Shown piece by piece: positions 42,377 through 51,048 of a stretch of 53,338 nt of DNA (position 1 is the first letter of the stretch; every line of letters begins with the position of its first letter). Origin of the DNA: Terriglobia bacterium (GTDB lineage Bacteria; Acidobacteriota; Terriglobia; Bryobacterales; JACQDG01); NCBI GenBank assembly GCA_041477815.1, contig JBGOUV010000001.1, forward strand, positions 1 through 53,338. Reading direction: 5' to 3'. The position numbers were made by a program, and so were the translations under genes. A model generated the notes under the pieces. That model made no database searches and was not told the origin of the DNA. It saw only the letters and a program-made list of their open reading frames with translations.

Positions 42377-43669
42377 ATGGTGCACCGGTACATGGCCGCC
42401 CCCTTGCTGGAGGCCCTCTCCGACACGCCGGTGGTGCTGCTCCACGGCGTGCGCCAGAGCGGTAAAAGCACCCTGGCCCGATGGGTGGCCGCCGAAGCCC
42501 GACCCTCGCGCTACCTGACCCTGGACGACGTCTCCGTGCTGTCGGCCGCCCGCAGCGACCCGGAGGGCTTCCTCCGCGGCCTCGACTGTCCCATCGTCCT
42601 GGATGAGGTACAGCGCGCTCCCGATCTCTTCCTGGCCATGAAGGCGGAGGTGGATCGTCACCGCCGGCCTGGCCGGTTTCTTCTCACCGGATCGGCCAAC
42701 GTCATGCTCCTGCCTCGGATCGCCGACTCGCTGGCCGGCCGCCTGGAGATCCTCACTCTGTGGCCCTTTTCTCAGGCGGAACTGGCCGGCGGTCAGGACA
42801 ACTTTGTCGACGACGTGTTTGCCAACAAGGCGCCCGCCGCCGGTGGGGGCTGCAAGGACCTGATCAGTCGCATTCTTCTGGGCGGTTATCCGGCCGTCCA
42901 CGCCCGCCCCACCCCCGCCCGGCGCCGGGCCTGGCTCGGCTCCTATCTCACCACCATCCTGCAGCGGGACGTGCGGGACTTGGCCAATGTCGATTTCGGC
43001 TCCCTGCCCCGGCTGCTGGCGCTGCTGGCCTCCCGGGTCGGATCAACGGTTAACTTCGCGGATCTCTCCCGGGACGCGGCCATCCCGCAGACCACCCTCA
43101 AGCGCTACTGGTATCTGCTGGAGGCCACCTTCCTGATCCAGACCTCGCCGCCCTGGTCTGTCAATATCGGCAAGCGCCTGGTGAAGTCCCCTAAACTCTA
43201 TCTGACGGACACCGGCCTGATCGCCTACCTGCTGGGGCTGGACGAGCGGCGTCTCGACCAGGACCGGAACCTCCTGGGACCGCTGCTCGAGAACTTCGTG
43301 GTCCTGGAGTTGCATAAACAGAGCGGCTGGAGCCGGACCCGGCCGAAGCTGCTCCATTTCCGCATTCACGCCGGACCCGAGGTCGACGTGGTCCTGGAGG
43401 ACGCCGCCGGCCGCCTAGTCGGGATCGAGGTGAAGGCGGCGGCCAGCCTCTCGGCCGACGACTTCAAAGGACTCCGCGCCTTGGCCGAGATCGCGGGCCG
43501 GCGGTTCCACCGGGGCATCGTCCTCTATACCGGCCGCGAGAGCGTCCCCTTTGGGCCTCAGCTCCACGCTCTACCAATAGATAGTCTCTGGGCCGTCCGG
43601 GGTCACTCGGGAACTTCCCGGAGGTCCTCGGGACGCCCCACGTCCCGCCACCATCCCGCTATGGCGTAG
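42377..43669 (+). CDS. AAA+ ATPase (AAA_14-like) with a C-terminal DUF4143 domain
   Basis: ORF track 430 aa. Walker A GVRQSGKST, Walker B-like IVLDEVQ, then a DUF4143-type region (...KSPKLYLTDTGL...ENFVVLEL...EVDVVLED..GRLVGIEVK). The 3' end overlaps the convergent gene by 67 nt. Confidence 0.8.
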   Translation: MVHRYMAAPLLEALSDTPVVLLHGVRQSGKSTLARWVAAEARPSRYLTLDDVSVLSAARSDPEGFLRGLDCPIVLDEVQRAPDLFLAMKAEVDRHRRPGRFLLTGSANVMLLPRIADSLAGRLEILTLWPFSQAELAGGQDNFVDDVFANKAPAAGGGCKDLISRILLGGYPAVHARPTPARRRAWLGSYLTTILQRDVRDLANVDFGSLPRLLALLASRVGSTVNFADLSRDAAIPQTTLKRYWYLLEATFLIQTSPPWSVNIGKRLVKSPKLYLTDTGLIAYLLGLDERRLDQDRNLLGPLLENFVVLELHKQSGWSRTRPKLLHFRIHAGPEVDVVLEDAAGRLVGIEVKAAASLSADDFKGLRALAEIAGRRFHRGIVLYTGRESVPFGPQLHALPIDSLWAVRGHSGTSRRSSGRPTSRHHPAMA

Positions 43670-44295
43670 TAAGTCACCGGCGCCCCGCCCTCCAGCAGCA
43701 GCCGGACGGCGTCGGTCAGCTCGTACTCGCCCCGCGGCGAGAGCGGCGCCCGCGCCAGTTCGGCCCACACCGACGCCCGGAAGCAGTAGATCCCGGCGCT
43801 GTTCCAGTGGGTGGTGGACGTACCCTTGGCCGGCTTTTCGATGATCCGGGTCACCCGGTCGCCCTCGGCGTACACGGCCGCCCCCTGCCAGGGGTCCTCG
43901 ACGTGTTTCACCGCCAGCACCGCCTCCTGCCCGGCCAGCTTCCGGTCCAGGGCCACGTACACCTCCGGCCCGGTCAGGATGTCCCCGAAAGTCAGCAGAA
44001 AGTCGTCGGCTCCTACCCAGTCCCGCGCCAGCAACGCCGCCCGGGCCGTACCGTTCAGTACCTCCTGCCGGCGGAACTCGATCCCCGGCGCCCCGGCGAA
44101 GCACGACTCCACCTGTGCGGCCAAATATCCCGTGACGACGAGAAACTCCTCCAGCCCAGCGTCCCGCAGGTTTTCGATCACGTGGGCGAGCAGCGGCCGT
44201 CCCCCCACCTCCAGCATCGGCTTGGGCACCGACCCGGTCAGGGTCTGCATCCGCGTCCCGCGGCCGGCGGCCAGGATCACTGCCTTCTTCACCAT
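43603..44295 (-). CDS. Sugar-phosphate nucleotidyltransferase (NTP_transferase family)
   Basis: ORF track 230 aa. N-terminal AVILAAGRGTRMQTLTGSVPKPML signature. Confidence 0.8.
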   Translation of the reverse strand: MVKKAVILAAGRGTRMQTLTGSVPKPMLEVGGRPLLAHVIENLRDAGLEEFLVVTGYLAAQVESCFAGAPGIEFRRQEVLNGTARAALLARDWVGADDFLLTFGDILTGPEVYVALDRKLAGQEAVLAVKHVEDPWQGAAVYAEGDRVTRIIEKPAKGTSTTHWNSAGIYCFRASVWAELARAPLSPRGEYELTDAVRLLLEGGAPVTYYAIAGWWRDVGRPEDLREVPE

Positions 44296-44327
44296 GGTCT
44301 ATCCCAACACGCTACAATAAAGAGACC

Positions 44328-44711
44328 ATGCGCCGCCTGTTCGTCTTCCTAGCGGTTGCCGCCGCGGTCCTGGCCTCGGACCAGTCCCAGGTCCTGCGCG
44401 GCCGCCTGCGCCAGCCGGCCGGCCAGCCGCCGGTCATTGAGACGGCCGACGGCAAGAAGTACACCGTCGCCGGCGACCAGTTCACCACCGGCCAGATGAG
44501 CGATCCCAAGCTCAAAGACCGCGAGATCGAGCTGGAAGGCCGCTACGCTTCGCCCAGCCATTTCGAGGCTGCGAAGATCTTCACCATCAAGGACGGCAAG
44601 CGCTACAAGGCCACCTACTGGTGTGATATCTGCTCCATCCGCACGCACTTGCCCGGTCGCTGTATGTGCTGCCAGGGCGAAACCGAGCTGCAGGAACTGC
44701 CGGTCCCATGA
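44328..44711 (+). CDS. Secreted hypothetical protein with a C-terminal Cys cluster (CDIC...CMCC)
   Basis: ORF track 127 aa. Signal peptide MRRLFVFLAVAAAVLA. C-terminal YWCDICSIRTHLPGRCMCCQGE. The stop overlaps the downstream ATG (ATGA at 44708-44711). Confidence 0.6.
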   Translation: MRRLFVFLAVAAAVLASDQSQVLRGRLRQPAGQPPVIETADGKKYTVAGDQFTTGQMSDPKLKDREIELEGRYASPSHFEAAKIFTIKDGKRYKATYWCDICSIRTHLPGRCMCCQGETELQELPVP

Positions 44712-45727
44712 AAGCCCTCGCGCTTTTCCTGACTGCTATGTCCGCCGACGCCCAGTATTCCGCCACCCGCCAGGGCGACGCGATCCGCCTGGAAGAGCGT
44801 AAGACCGGTATCAGCGTCTCGATCCTGCCCTCGGTCGGCAACATCGCCTACGAGATGAAGGCCGGCGGGAAGAACGTCTTCTGGTTCCCCTTCTCCTCGC
44901 CCGAGGACTTCAAGAAGAATCCCACGCTCTGCGGCAACCCCCTGCTGGCGCCCTGGGCCAACCGGCTCGACGAGAACGGCTTCTACGCCAACGGCAAGAA
45001 GTACAACCTGAACCTGGGGCTCGGCAACGTCCGGCTGGATACTTTCCAGCACCCCATCCACGGCTTGGTGGTATACACCTCGGAGTGGCAGGTAACCGAC
45101 TTACGCGCCGACGCCCAAGCCGCTTGGGTCACCAGCCGTCTGGACTTCGCGCGCCATCCCGATTGGCTGGCTCAGTTCCCCTTCGCCCATACCATCGAGA
45201 TGACGTACCGGCTGAGCGGCGGCGCGCTGGAGGTCCAGACCCGCCTCCAGAACCAAAGCGCCGCGACCATGCCCGTGTCAATCGGTTACCACCCGTATTT
45301 CCAGATCACCGACGCCCCCCGCGACGAGTGGACGGTGTCGATAGCAGCCCGATCCCAGTACTTACTCAACGATCAACTCCTCCCCACCGGCCAGATGCGC
45401 CCCATCGCCGAGGTCCTACCGGATTCCCGCAATGTGTCGCTACGCGGCATGGCCCTAGACCACGTCTTCGGCGACCTGGCGAACAACGCGACCTTTTCGG
45501 TGAAAGGCAAGTCCCAGAAGATCGAAGTAGTCTACGGCCCCAAGTACAAAGTGGCGGTGGTCTACGCCCCCACCGGCCCCAACCGGGACTTCATCTGCTT
45601 CGAGCCCATGACCGGCCCCACCAACGCCTTCAACCTCGCGCATCGCGGCATCTACAAGGAACTCCAGACCATCCCCGCAGGCCAGACCTGGCAGGAAAGC
45701 TACTGGATTCGTCCGAGTGGGTTCTGA
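44708..45727 (+). CDS. Aldose 1-epimerase (galactose mutarotase-like) family protein, secreted
   Basis: In ORF 44666..45727. The ATG at 44708 gives the signal peptide MKALALFLTAMSADA. Family motifs HGLVV, IGYHPYF and CFEPMTGP. Confidence 0.85.
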   Translation: MKALALFLTAMSADAQYSATRQGDAIRLEERKTGISVSILPSVGNIAYEMKAGGKNVFWFPFSSPEDFKKNPTLCGNPLLAPWANRLDENGFYANGKKYNLNLGLGNVRLDTFQHPIHGLVVYTSEWQVTDLRADAQAAWVTSRLDFARHPDWLAQFPFAHTIEMTYRLSGGALEVQTRLQNQSAATMPVSIGYHPYFQITDAPRDEWTVSIAARSQYLLNDQLLPTGQMRPIAEVLPDSRNVSLRGMALDHVFGDLANNATFSVKGKSQKIEVVYGPKYKVAVVYAPTGPNRDFICFEPMTGPTNAFNLAHRGIYKELQTIPAGQTWQESYWIRPSGF

Positions 45728-45848
45728 AAAAAGTAGCGGGCGCGTTGAAAGGGTTTTGGGGTGAGCGCGCCCGCCGTTGTAACGGGGATTTGAAGTAGAA
45801 GCGTTCCCCGCGCCGGAGAGGTTACTGAATCTCGAAAAAAATTTCCTC

Positions 45849-45878
45849 TTGACCTCGGCCCCCCTTCGGCGTTACACT
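45849..45878 (+). promoter_or_regulatory. Candidate promoter TTGACC-N18-TACACT upstream of the DUF72 gene
   Basis: Read directly, 37 nt upstream of the ATG at 45915. The ORF-track start at 45849 is simply the TTG of this hexamer. Confidence 0.35.
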
Positions 45879-45914
45879 AGAGGCGAAGAAAAAGCGAATA
45901 AGGGGATTCCCGTT

Positions 45915-46877
45915 ATGCCTTGGACCCATGATATACGGGTTGGCCCGGCCGGCTGGTCCTATCAGGACTGGAAGCGCATCGTCTACCCGGATGCGCGTCC
46001 GCGCAACTTCCACGAAGCGGCGTTTCTAGCCCAATATTTCGACGTAATCGAGATCAATACGTCGTTTTACCGGCCCTTGCGGCCGGAATTGGCGCACCTC
46101 TGGGTCCGCAAGACCGCATTTAACACTCGTTTCCAGTTCACCGCCAAGCTGTATCGTGCCTTTACGCACGACGGCAAACTCGACCCGGTCGACGTCCGCC
46201 AGTACCAGGAGGGCCTCCAGCCCATCCTGGAGGCCGGGCGTTTGGGTTGCGTCCTCATGCAGTTCCCGTGGTCGTTCCGATTCAACCGCGAGAACCGCGA
46301 CTACGTGATCCTGCTGAAGAAGACTTTCCCCGAGTACGCCCTGGTAGCCGAGATGCGCCACGACTCCTGGCTGGCCGACGAGGCGTTGGGCGTCCTGGTC
46401 GACCACCACATTGGCTTCTGTAATATCGATCAGCCCCTGCTCTCGCACTGCATGCCGCCGTCGGCGGTCGTGACCACCCCGGTCGGATACGTCCGGCTCC
46501 ACGGCCGCAACTACGAACACTGGTTCGAGAAGGACGACGATGTCGCCGCCCGTTACAACTACCTGTACGGTGAGGCCGAGTTGATTCCCTGGGGGGACCG
46601 GATTCAGCAGGTCGCCGGACAGGCCCGCACCACGTACGTCATCACCAACAACCACTTCGAAGGCAAAGCGGTAGTCAACGGCCTGCAGCTAATCAACCTG
46701 CTGCTGGGCGAGCCGATCGAGGTTCCGCCCGATCTGTTCGATAGCTACCCCGAGGTCGCCCGGATCGCCCGCAACACCCCGGCCCAGGGCAATCTGTTCG
46801 GCGATCGTGCGACCGGTCGGGTCGGCATGGCTTCCGAATACCAGGCCCGAGCTCAGCTTCTCCGCGCTCGAGCCTAG
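45915..46877 (+). CDS. DUF72 (YecE-like) family protein
   Basis: In ORF 45849..46877. The ATG at 45915 is preceded by AAGGGGA. VGPAGWSYQDWKRIVYP...YFDVIEINTSFY is the DUF72 N-terminal signature. Confidence 0.85.
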   Translation: MPWTHDIRVGPAGWSYQDWKRIVYPDARPRNFHEAAFLAQYFDVIEINTSFYRPLRPELAHLWVRKTAFNTRFQFTAKLYRAFTHDGKLDPVDVRQYQEGLQPILEAGRLGCVLMQFPWSFRFNRENRDYVILLKKTFPEYALVAEMRHDSWLADEALGVLVDHHIGFCNIDQPLLSHCMPPSAVVTTPVGYVRLHGRNYEHWFEKDDDVAARYNYLYGEAELIPWGDRIQQVAGQARTTYVITNNHFEGKAVVNGLQLINLLLGEPIEVPPDLFDSYPEVARIARNTPAQGNLFGDRATGRVGMASEYQARAQLLRARA

Positions 46878-46986
46878 CCTGGTAGCGAACTAACCACCTC
46901 ATATTGATGGTCGAGAGGCCTGGACCGCCACAGGTTGTAGTTGAAGTGCTAGCCTCTAACCCCAACATTCCGCGCAACTTTTTCTC

Positions 46987-47047
46987 TTGACTCTGGCCTG
47001 AAGTGGGTTAAAGTAGACAGCAGTGGCTTAAACTAGAGCCCAGTGGG
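46987..47047 (+). promoter_or_regulatory. dcw-cluster promoter region: TTGACT-N16-TAAAGT followed by five 10-bp-phased decamers with GTGGG/GTGGC cores (candidate MraZ boxes)
   Basis: Read directly. GTGGG at 47003, GTAGA at 47013, GTGGC at 47023, CTAGA at 47033 and GTGGG at 47043. The last one abuts the mraZ ATG (47048). Confidence 0.5.
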
Positions 47048-47497
47048 ATGCTCTTTCGAGGCACACACGCGGTCAAGGTCGATGACAAAGGCAGACTCAA
47101 GCTGCCCTCCTTGGTGAAGGAGCGCCTCTTCGAGCAGTATGGGGCCCAAGCGGGATACTTTGTGACCAGCTTGACCGGGGACAAGGTTCTCATTTACCCC
47201 CTGGCGGAATGGGAAAAGATCGAGGACAGTTTAGCACAAGTCCCGCAGTTTGACAAGCTTAAGAACAAGTTCCTGAATGCGACGAACCTCTACGGAGCCG
47301 AAGCCGCCGTGGATGACCAGGGGAGGATGTTGATTCCGGCCAAGCTGCGGGAGTCGGCTGGGGTGAAGGGAGACGTGACCCTTCTCTGGATCTCGAATCG
47401 GATCGAGGTTCAGAACGCCGAGCGCCACGAAGCGAGCGTGCAGGGGAACCCTTTTACCGACGAGGACTACGAGGGGCTGTCGAAGTGGAACATCTAA
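47048..47497 (+). CDS. mraZ: Transcriptional regulator MraZ
   Basis: ORF track 149 aa. Duplicated SpoVT/AbrB-like units with DDKGRLKLP and DDQGRMLIP. First gene of the dcw cluster. Confidence 0.92.
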   Translation: MLFRGTHAVKVDDKGRLKLPSLVKERLFEQYGAQAGYFVTSLTGDKVLIYPLAEWEKIEDSLAQVPQFDKLKNKFLNATNLYGAEAAVDDQGRMLIPAKLRESAGVKGDVTLLWISNRIEVQNAERHEASVQGNPFTDEDYEGLSKWNI

Positions 47498-47503
47498 GAG
47501 TGC

Positions 47504-48379
47504 ATGAGCCACATCCCGGTCTTACTGGACGTCGTCCTCGACTGGCTGCAAGTCCGCCCGGAGGGGAGCTACGTGGACTGTACCGTGGGCGCCGGCGGAT
47601 ATGCCGAGGCGATCGCCGGCCGGCTGACCACGGGGCGCCTGCTGGCGATCGACCGGGATCCGCAGGCCCTGGCCCGGGTGCGGGAGCGCTTTGGAGATGC
47701 CGGGGGGCGGATCGAATACGTGCGGTCGAGCTACGGCGAGCTGGAACGGATTCTGGAGGGGACCCTGGCCGACGGCATCGTAGCCGACCTGGGGCTCTCG
47801 CGGGACCAGCTCGAGGATCCCGCGCGCGGATTCAGTTTTTCGTGCGAAGGGCCGCTGGACATGAGGATGGATCCCGAGGCGCCCCTGACCGCGGCAGACA
47901 TTGTAAACACTTACGGCGAGAAGCCGCTCGCCGACCTGATTTATCAGTTCGGCGAAGAAAGGAGGTCGCGAAGAATAGCCAGAGCCATCGTTCGGGCGCG
48001 GCCGCTGACAAGCACACGACACTTGGCGGAAGCCATTGGGCGCGCCGCGCCCCGAACGCCTGGAGACCGTATTCACCCGGCCACGCGCACGTTTCAGGCC
48101 TTGCGCATCGCGGTCAACGACGAGCTGGGCGAGTTGCAGAGACTCTTGGACGCCGCGCCGCCGCGGCTGGCGCCGGGCGGCCGATTCCTGGTGGTGAGCT
48201 TTCATTCTTTAGAGGACCGGTTGGTGAAGCAGGCGCTGCGGCGGTGGGCCGGTGGCGGCCTGTTGCAGATACTAACCAAACACGTGATCCGGCCGGACGA
48301 AGCGGAGACGAGCCGCAATCCCGCCAGCCGGAGCGCCCGCTTACGAGTGGCGGAAAGAAAGGTGGATGAATGGCTATGA
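47504..48379 (+). CDS. rsmH: 16S rRNA (cytosine1402-N4)-methyltransferase RsmH
   Basis: ORF track 291 aa. HIPVLL, DCTVGAGGY, SFHSLEDR and NPASRSARLRV motifs. Confidence 0.92.
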   Translation: MSHIPVLLDVVLDWLQVRPEGSYVDCTVGAGGYAEAIAGRLTTGRLLAIDRDPQALARVRERFGDAGGRIEYVRSSYGELERILEGTLADGIVADLGLSRDQLEDPARGFSFSCEGPLDMRMDPEAPLTAADIVNTYGEKPLADLIYQFGEERRSRRIARAIVRARPLTSTRHLAEAIGRAAPRTPGDRIHPATRTFQALRIAVNDELGELQRLLDAAPPRLAPGGRFLVVSFHSLEDRLVKQALRRWAGGGLLQILTKHVIRPDEAETSRNPASRSARLRVAERKVDEWL

Positions 48380-48897
48380 CGGCAGTGAGCACCGCACAGC
48401 AGGATATGTTTCTTTATGACGGCGTGGCGGCGGGGCGGGAGGTGCGGGCGGGACTGGCCCGGCGTTCGGCCTCGGTGCGGCCGCTGCCCATGGAAGACCT
48501 CTGCTTTTTCGTCAAGCCCATAGATAACTCGCGGCTGGTGCGGGTGTTGGACCCGCACTCCAGGTGGGACCTGCTCAAGATGCTGGCCGGGGGTATGTTC
48601 GCCTTTGTCATAGCCTTGGGATACATCGTGCCCTACCTGTGGATGCTGCGGACGGGCTACCGCATCGAGGAGTTGAAGAAAGAACATGAAACGCTGGTGG
48701 ACCACAGCCGCGTGCTGCAACTGGAGGAGTCCGGACTGCGGAATCCGCGGCGCATCGACGAGATCGCGCGGACGCGGCTGGGGATGTCCAAACCGACGCC
48801 GCGCCAGGTGGTGTGGGCCGATGGGGCCAACGCGCCTTCCCAGCCGACCGACCTGCTGGCGCAAAACCTCTCGCGATTCGTAGGGGAGGGGAGGTAG
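48370..48897 (+). CDS. ftsL: Cell division protein FtsL-like (single TM plus coiled coil)
   Basis: ORF track 175 aa. TM segment MLAGGMFAFVIALGYIVPYLW, then a coiled-coil-like segment. Position between rsmH and ftsI. The alternative ATG at 48376 would give an ATGA overlap. Confidence 0.7.
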   Translation: MAMTAVSTAQQDMFLYDGVAAGREVRAGLARRSASVRPLPMEDLCFFVKPIDNSRLVRVLDPHSRWDLLKMLAGGMFAFVIALGYIVPYLWMLRTGYRIEELKKEHETLVDHSRVLQLEESGLRNPRRIDEIARTRLGMSKPTPRQVVWADGANAPSQPTDLLAQNLSRFVGEGR

Positions 48898-48903
48898 CGA
48901 CGG

Positions 48904-51048
48904 ATGGGCCGTCCGATCCAGGGGAATCTGTTTCCGCCCGCGCTGGAGCTGGACCAGGGGCCGCGCGCCGCCCGGCCCAGCAGCGACCTGGGGCCGGCGC
49001 GGAAGAAGATCTTGTGGTTCGGAATCCTGGTGTCGTGCTGGGCGGCGGTGATCTTCGTACGCCTGGTCTACCTGCAGGTAGTGCGGCGCACCTTCTTTGA
49101 GGAAAAGGCCCGGGCCCAGCAGGAGCGCACGCTGCCGGTGCGGGCCAGCCGCGGCTTCATCCTGGACCGGCGGGGCCGGGAGCTGGCCATCAGCGTGCCC
49201 GTGGACTCGATCTGCGCCATGCCCATCGAGATCGCCGATCCGCCGTCGACGGCGAAGATCCTGGCCCGGATACTGGGAGCCTCGCGCCCGGAGCTGGAGA
49301 AGAAGTTTGCCGTGCGCAAGGGATTCTGCTGGGTGGCGCGCCTGGTGGAGCCGGACCTGGTGGAGCGGGTGCAGGCGCTAAACCTCAAAGGTATCTACAT
49401 CCAGAAAGAGAGCAAGCGGTTTTATCCCAAGGGGACCACGGCGGCGCACCTGATCGGAGTGGTGCGGTTGGATCAGATCGGCACGGCGGGCCTGGAGCAG
49501 GCGCGCGAAGAGGAGCTGCAAGGGCGGCCGGGGACCATGGTCTTCTCGACCGACGCGCGGAAGAAGTACTTTGCCGGGCACTTCAGCCTGGAGCCGGAGC
49601 CGGGACTCAACCTGGTCCTCACCGTCGACGAGAGGATCCAGTACGTGGCCGAGCGGGAATTGGGCCAAGCCATCACCCGGACCAGGGCGGTTGCGGGAAC
49701 CATAGTAGTGCTCGATCCTGCCACCGGCGGCGTGCTGGCAATCGCCAACCATCCCACCTTCAACCCCAACCAGCCGGCGCGCGGGAGAACCAAAGAGGAG
49801 CTGGCGGAAGAGCTGGAGAAACGGCGGAACTTCGCCATCAGTTCCATGTACGAGCCGGGCTCCACGTTCAAGCTGGTTACCGTGGCGGCCGCGCTCGAAG
49901 AAAAGGTGGCGCGGCCCGACGAGGTGCTGGATTGCCAGATGGGAGCGATCTACGTGGCCGGTCATCGCATCCGGGACCACAAGGCGTTCGGGCGTCTCAC
50001 CGTGGAGCAGGTGCTGCAACACTCGAGCGACGTGGGCGCCATCAAGCTGGGGATGCGGCTAGGAGACCAGCGGATGTACCAGTGGATCCGGCGCTTCGGG
50101 TTTGGAAAACCCACCGGGCTCGACCTGCCGGGCGAGGCGGCGGGCCTGACCAAGCCGGCCGAGCGGTGGTCGAAGATCTCGATCGGCGCCATCTCCATGG
50201 GACAGGAGATCGGGATAACGGGGATGCAACTGGTGCAGGCGGTGGGGGTCATCGCCAACAACGGAATGCTGGCGCCGCCCCACGTGCTGGAAGCGACCTT
50301 CGAGCCGGGCGGGAAGCCGGTTCCGGTGCCGCGACCCACGGCGCGGCGGGTCCTGTCGCCGGAGACGGCCATCCAGATGAAGCGCATGATGGAACAGGTC
50401 GTACTGAGTGGTACCGGCAGGCTGGCCCGCCTGGAGGGCTACACCGCCGGCGGCAAGACCGGTACGGCCCAGAAACTCGACCCGCGCACGGGTACGTATT
50501 CGAAGACCGATTACGTGGCTTCGTTTGTCGGATTCGCGCCCTTGCAGAATCCGGCGATTGTGGTGGCCGTGATTCTGGATGGCCCGCGCGGGTTGCACTC
50601 GGGCGGCGGCGTGGCTGCTCCTGTATTCCCGCGGGTGGCTGGAGAAATCTTGCGGTATCTGGAGGTGCCGCAGGATGTGCCGGCGGATCCGGCGCTGCGG
50701 GCCCGGCGGGCGAATCCCGATCCGCAGTTGCTGGCCGAAGTGAACGATTTCAACCCGGAGAACGAGCGGGTGGGCGAGTTTCCCCTGGCGTTCGCGCCGG
50801 AGGAGGAGGGGGCGCTGGGTCGAGAGGGCGCCCCTGCCCCCTCTCCGTCTTCTCCGAACGTGGTGCTGGCGTCGGCCGATGCGGTGCCGAACTTCCAGGG
50901 CAAGCCGCTGCGCACCGTAGTGGAGGAAGCGATCGCCCTGGGATTGGACGTGGATCTGCGGGGAAGCGGCGTGGCGCGCCGCCAATCGCCGCCTCCGGGC
51001 AGCCGCCTGACGGCTGGAGCACGTGTCACCGTCGAGTTTGAACGGTAG
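48904..51048 (+). CDS. ftsI: Class B penicillin-binding protein (FtsI/PBP3-like transpeptidase) with a C-terminal PASTA-like domain
   Basis: ORF track 714 aa. N-terminal TM segment. SxxK motif GSTFK, SSD(V) in place of SxN, and KTGT. C-terminal NFQGKPLRTVVEEAIALGLDVDLRGSG...VTVEF. Confidence 0.9.
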   Translation: MGRPIQGNLFPPALELDQGPRAARPSSDLGPARKKILWFGILVSCWAAVIFVRLVYLQVVRRTFFEEKARAQQERTLPVRASRGFILDRRGRELAISVPVDSICAMPIEIADPPSTAKILARILGASRPELEKKFAVRKGFCWVARLVEPDLVERVQALNLKGIYIQKESKRFYPKGTTAAHLIGVVRLDQIGTAGLEQAREEELQGRPGTMVFSTDARKKYFAGHFSLEPEPGLNLVLTVDERIQYVAERELGQAITRTRAVAGTIVVLDPATGGVLAIANHPTFNPNQPARGRTKEELAEELEKRRNFAISSMYEPGSTFKLVTVAAALEEKVARPDEVLDCQMGAIYVAGHRIRDHKAFGRLTVEQVLQHSSDVGAIKLGMRLGDQRMYQWIRRFGFGKPTGLDLPGEAAGLTKPAERWSKISIGAISMGQEIGITGMQLVQAVGVIANNGMLAPPHVLEATFEPGGKPVPVPRPTARRVLSPETAIQMKRMMEQVVLSGTGRLARLEGYTAGGKTGTAQKLDPRTGTYSKTDYVASFVGFAPLQNPAIVVAVILDGPRGLHSGGGVAAPVFPRVAGEILRYLEVPQDVPADPALRARRANPDPQLLAEVNDFNPENERVGEFPLAFAPEEEGALGREGAPAPSPSSPNVVLASADAVPNFQGKPLRTVVEEAIALGLDVDLRGSGVARRQSPPPGSRLTAGARVTVEFER

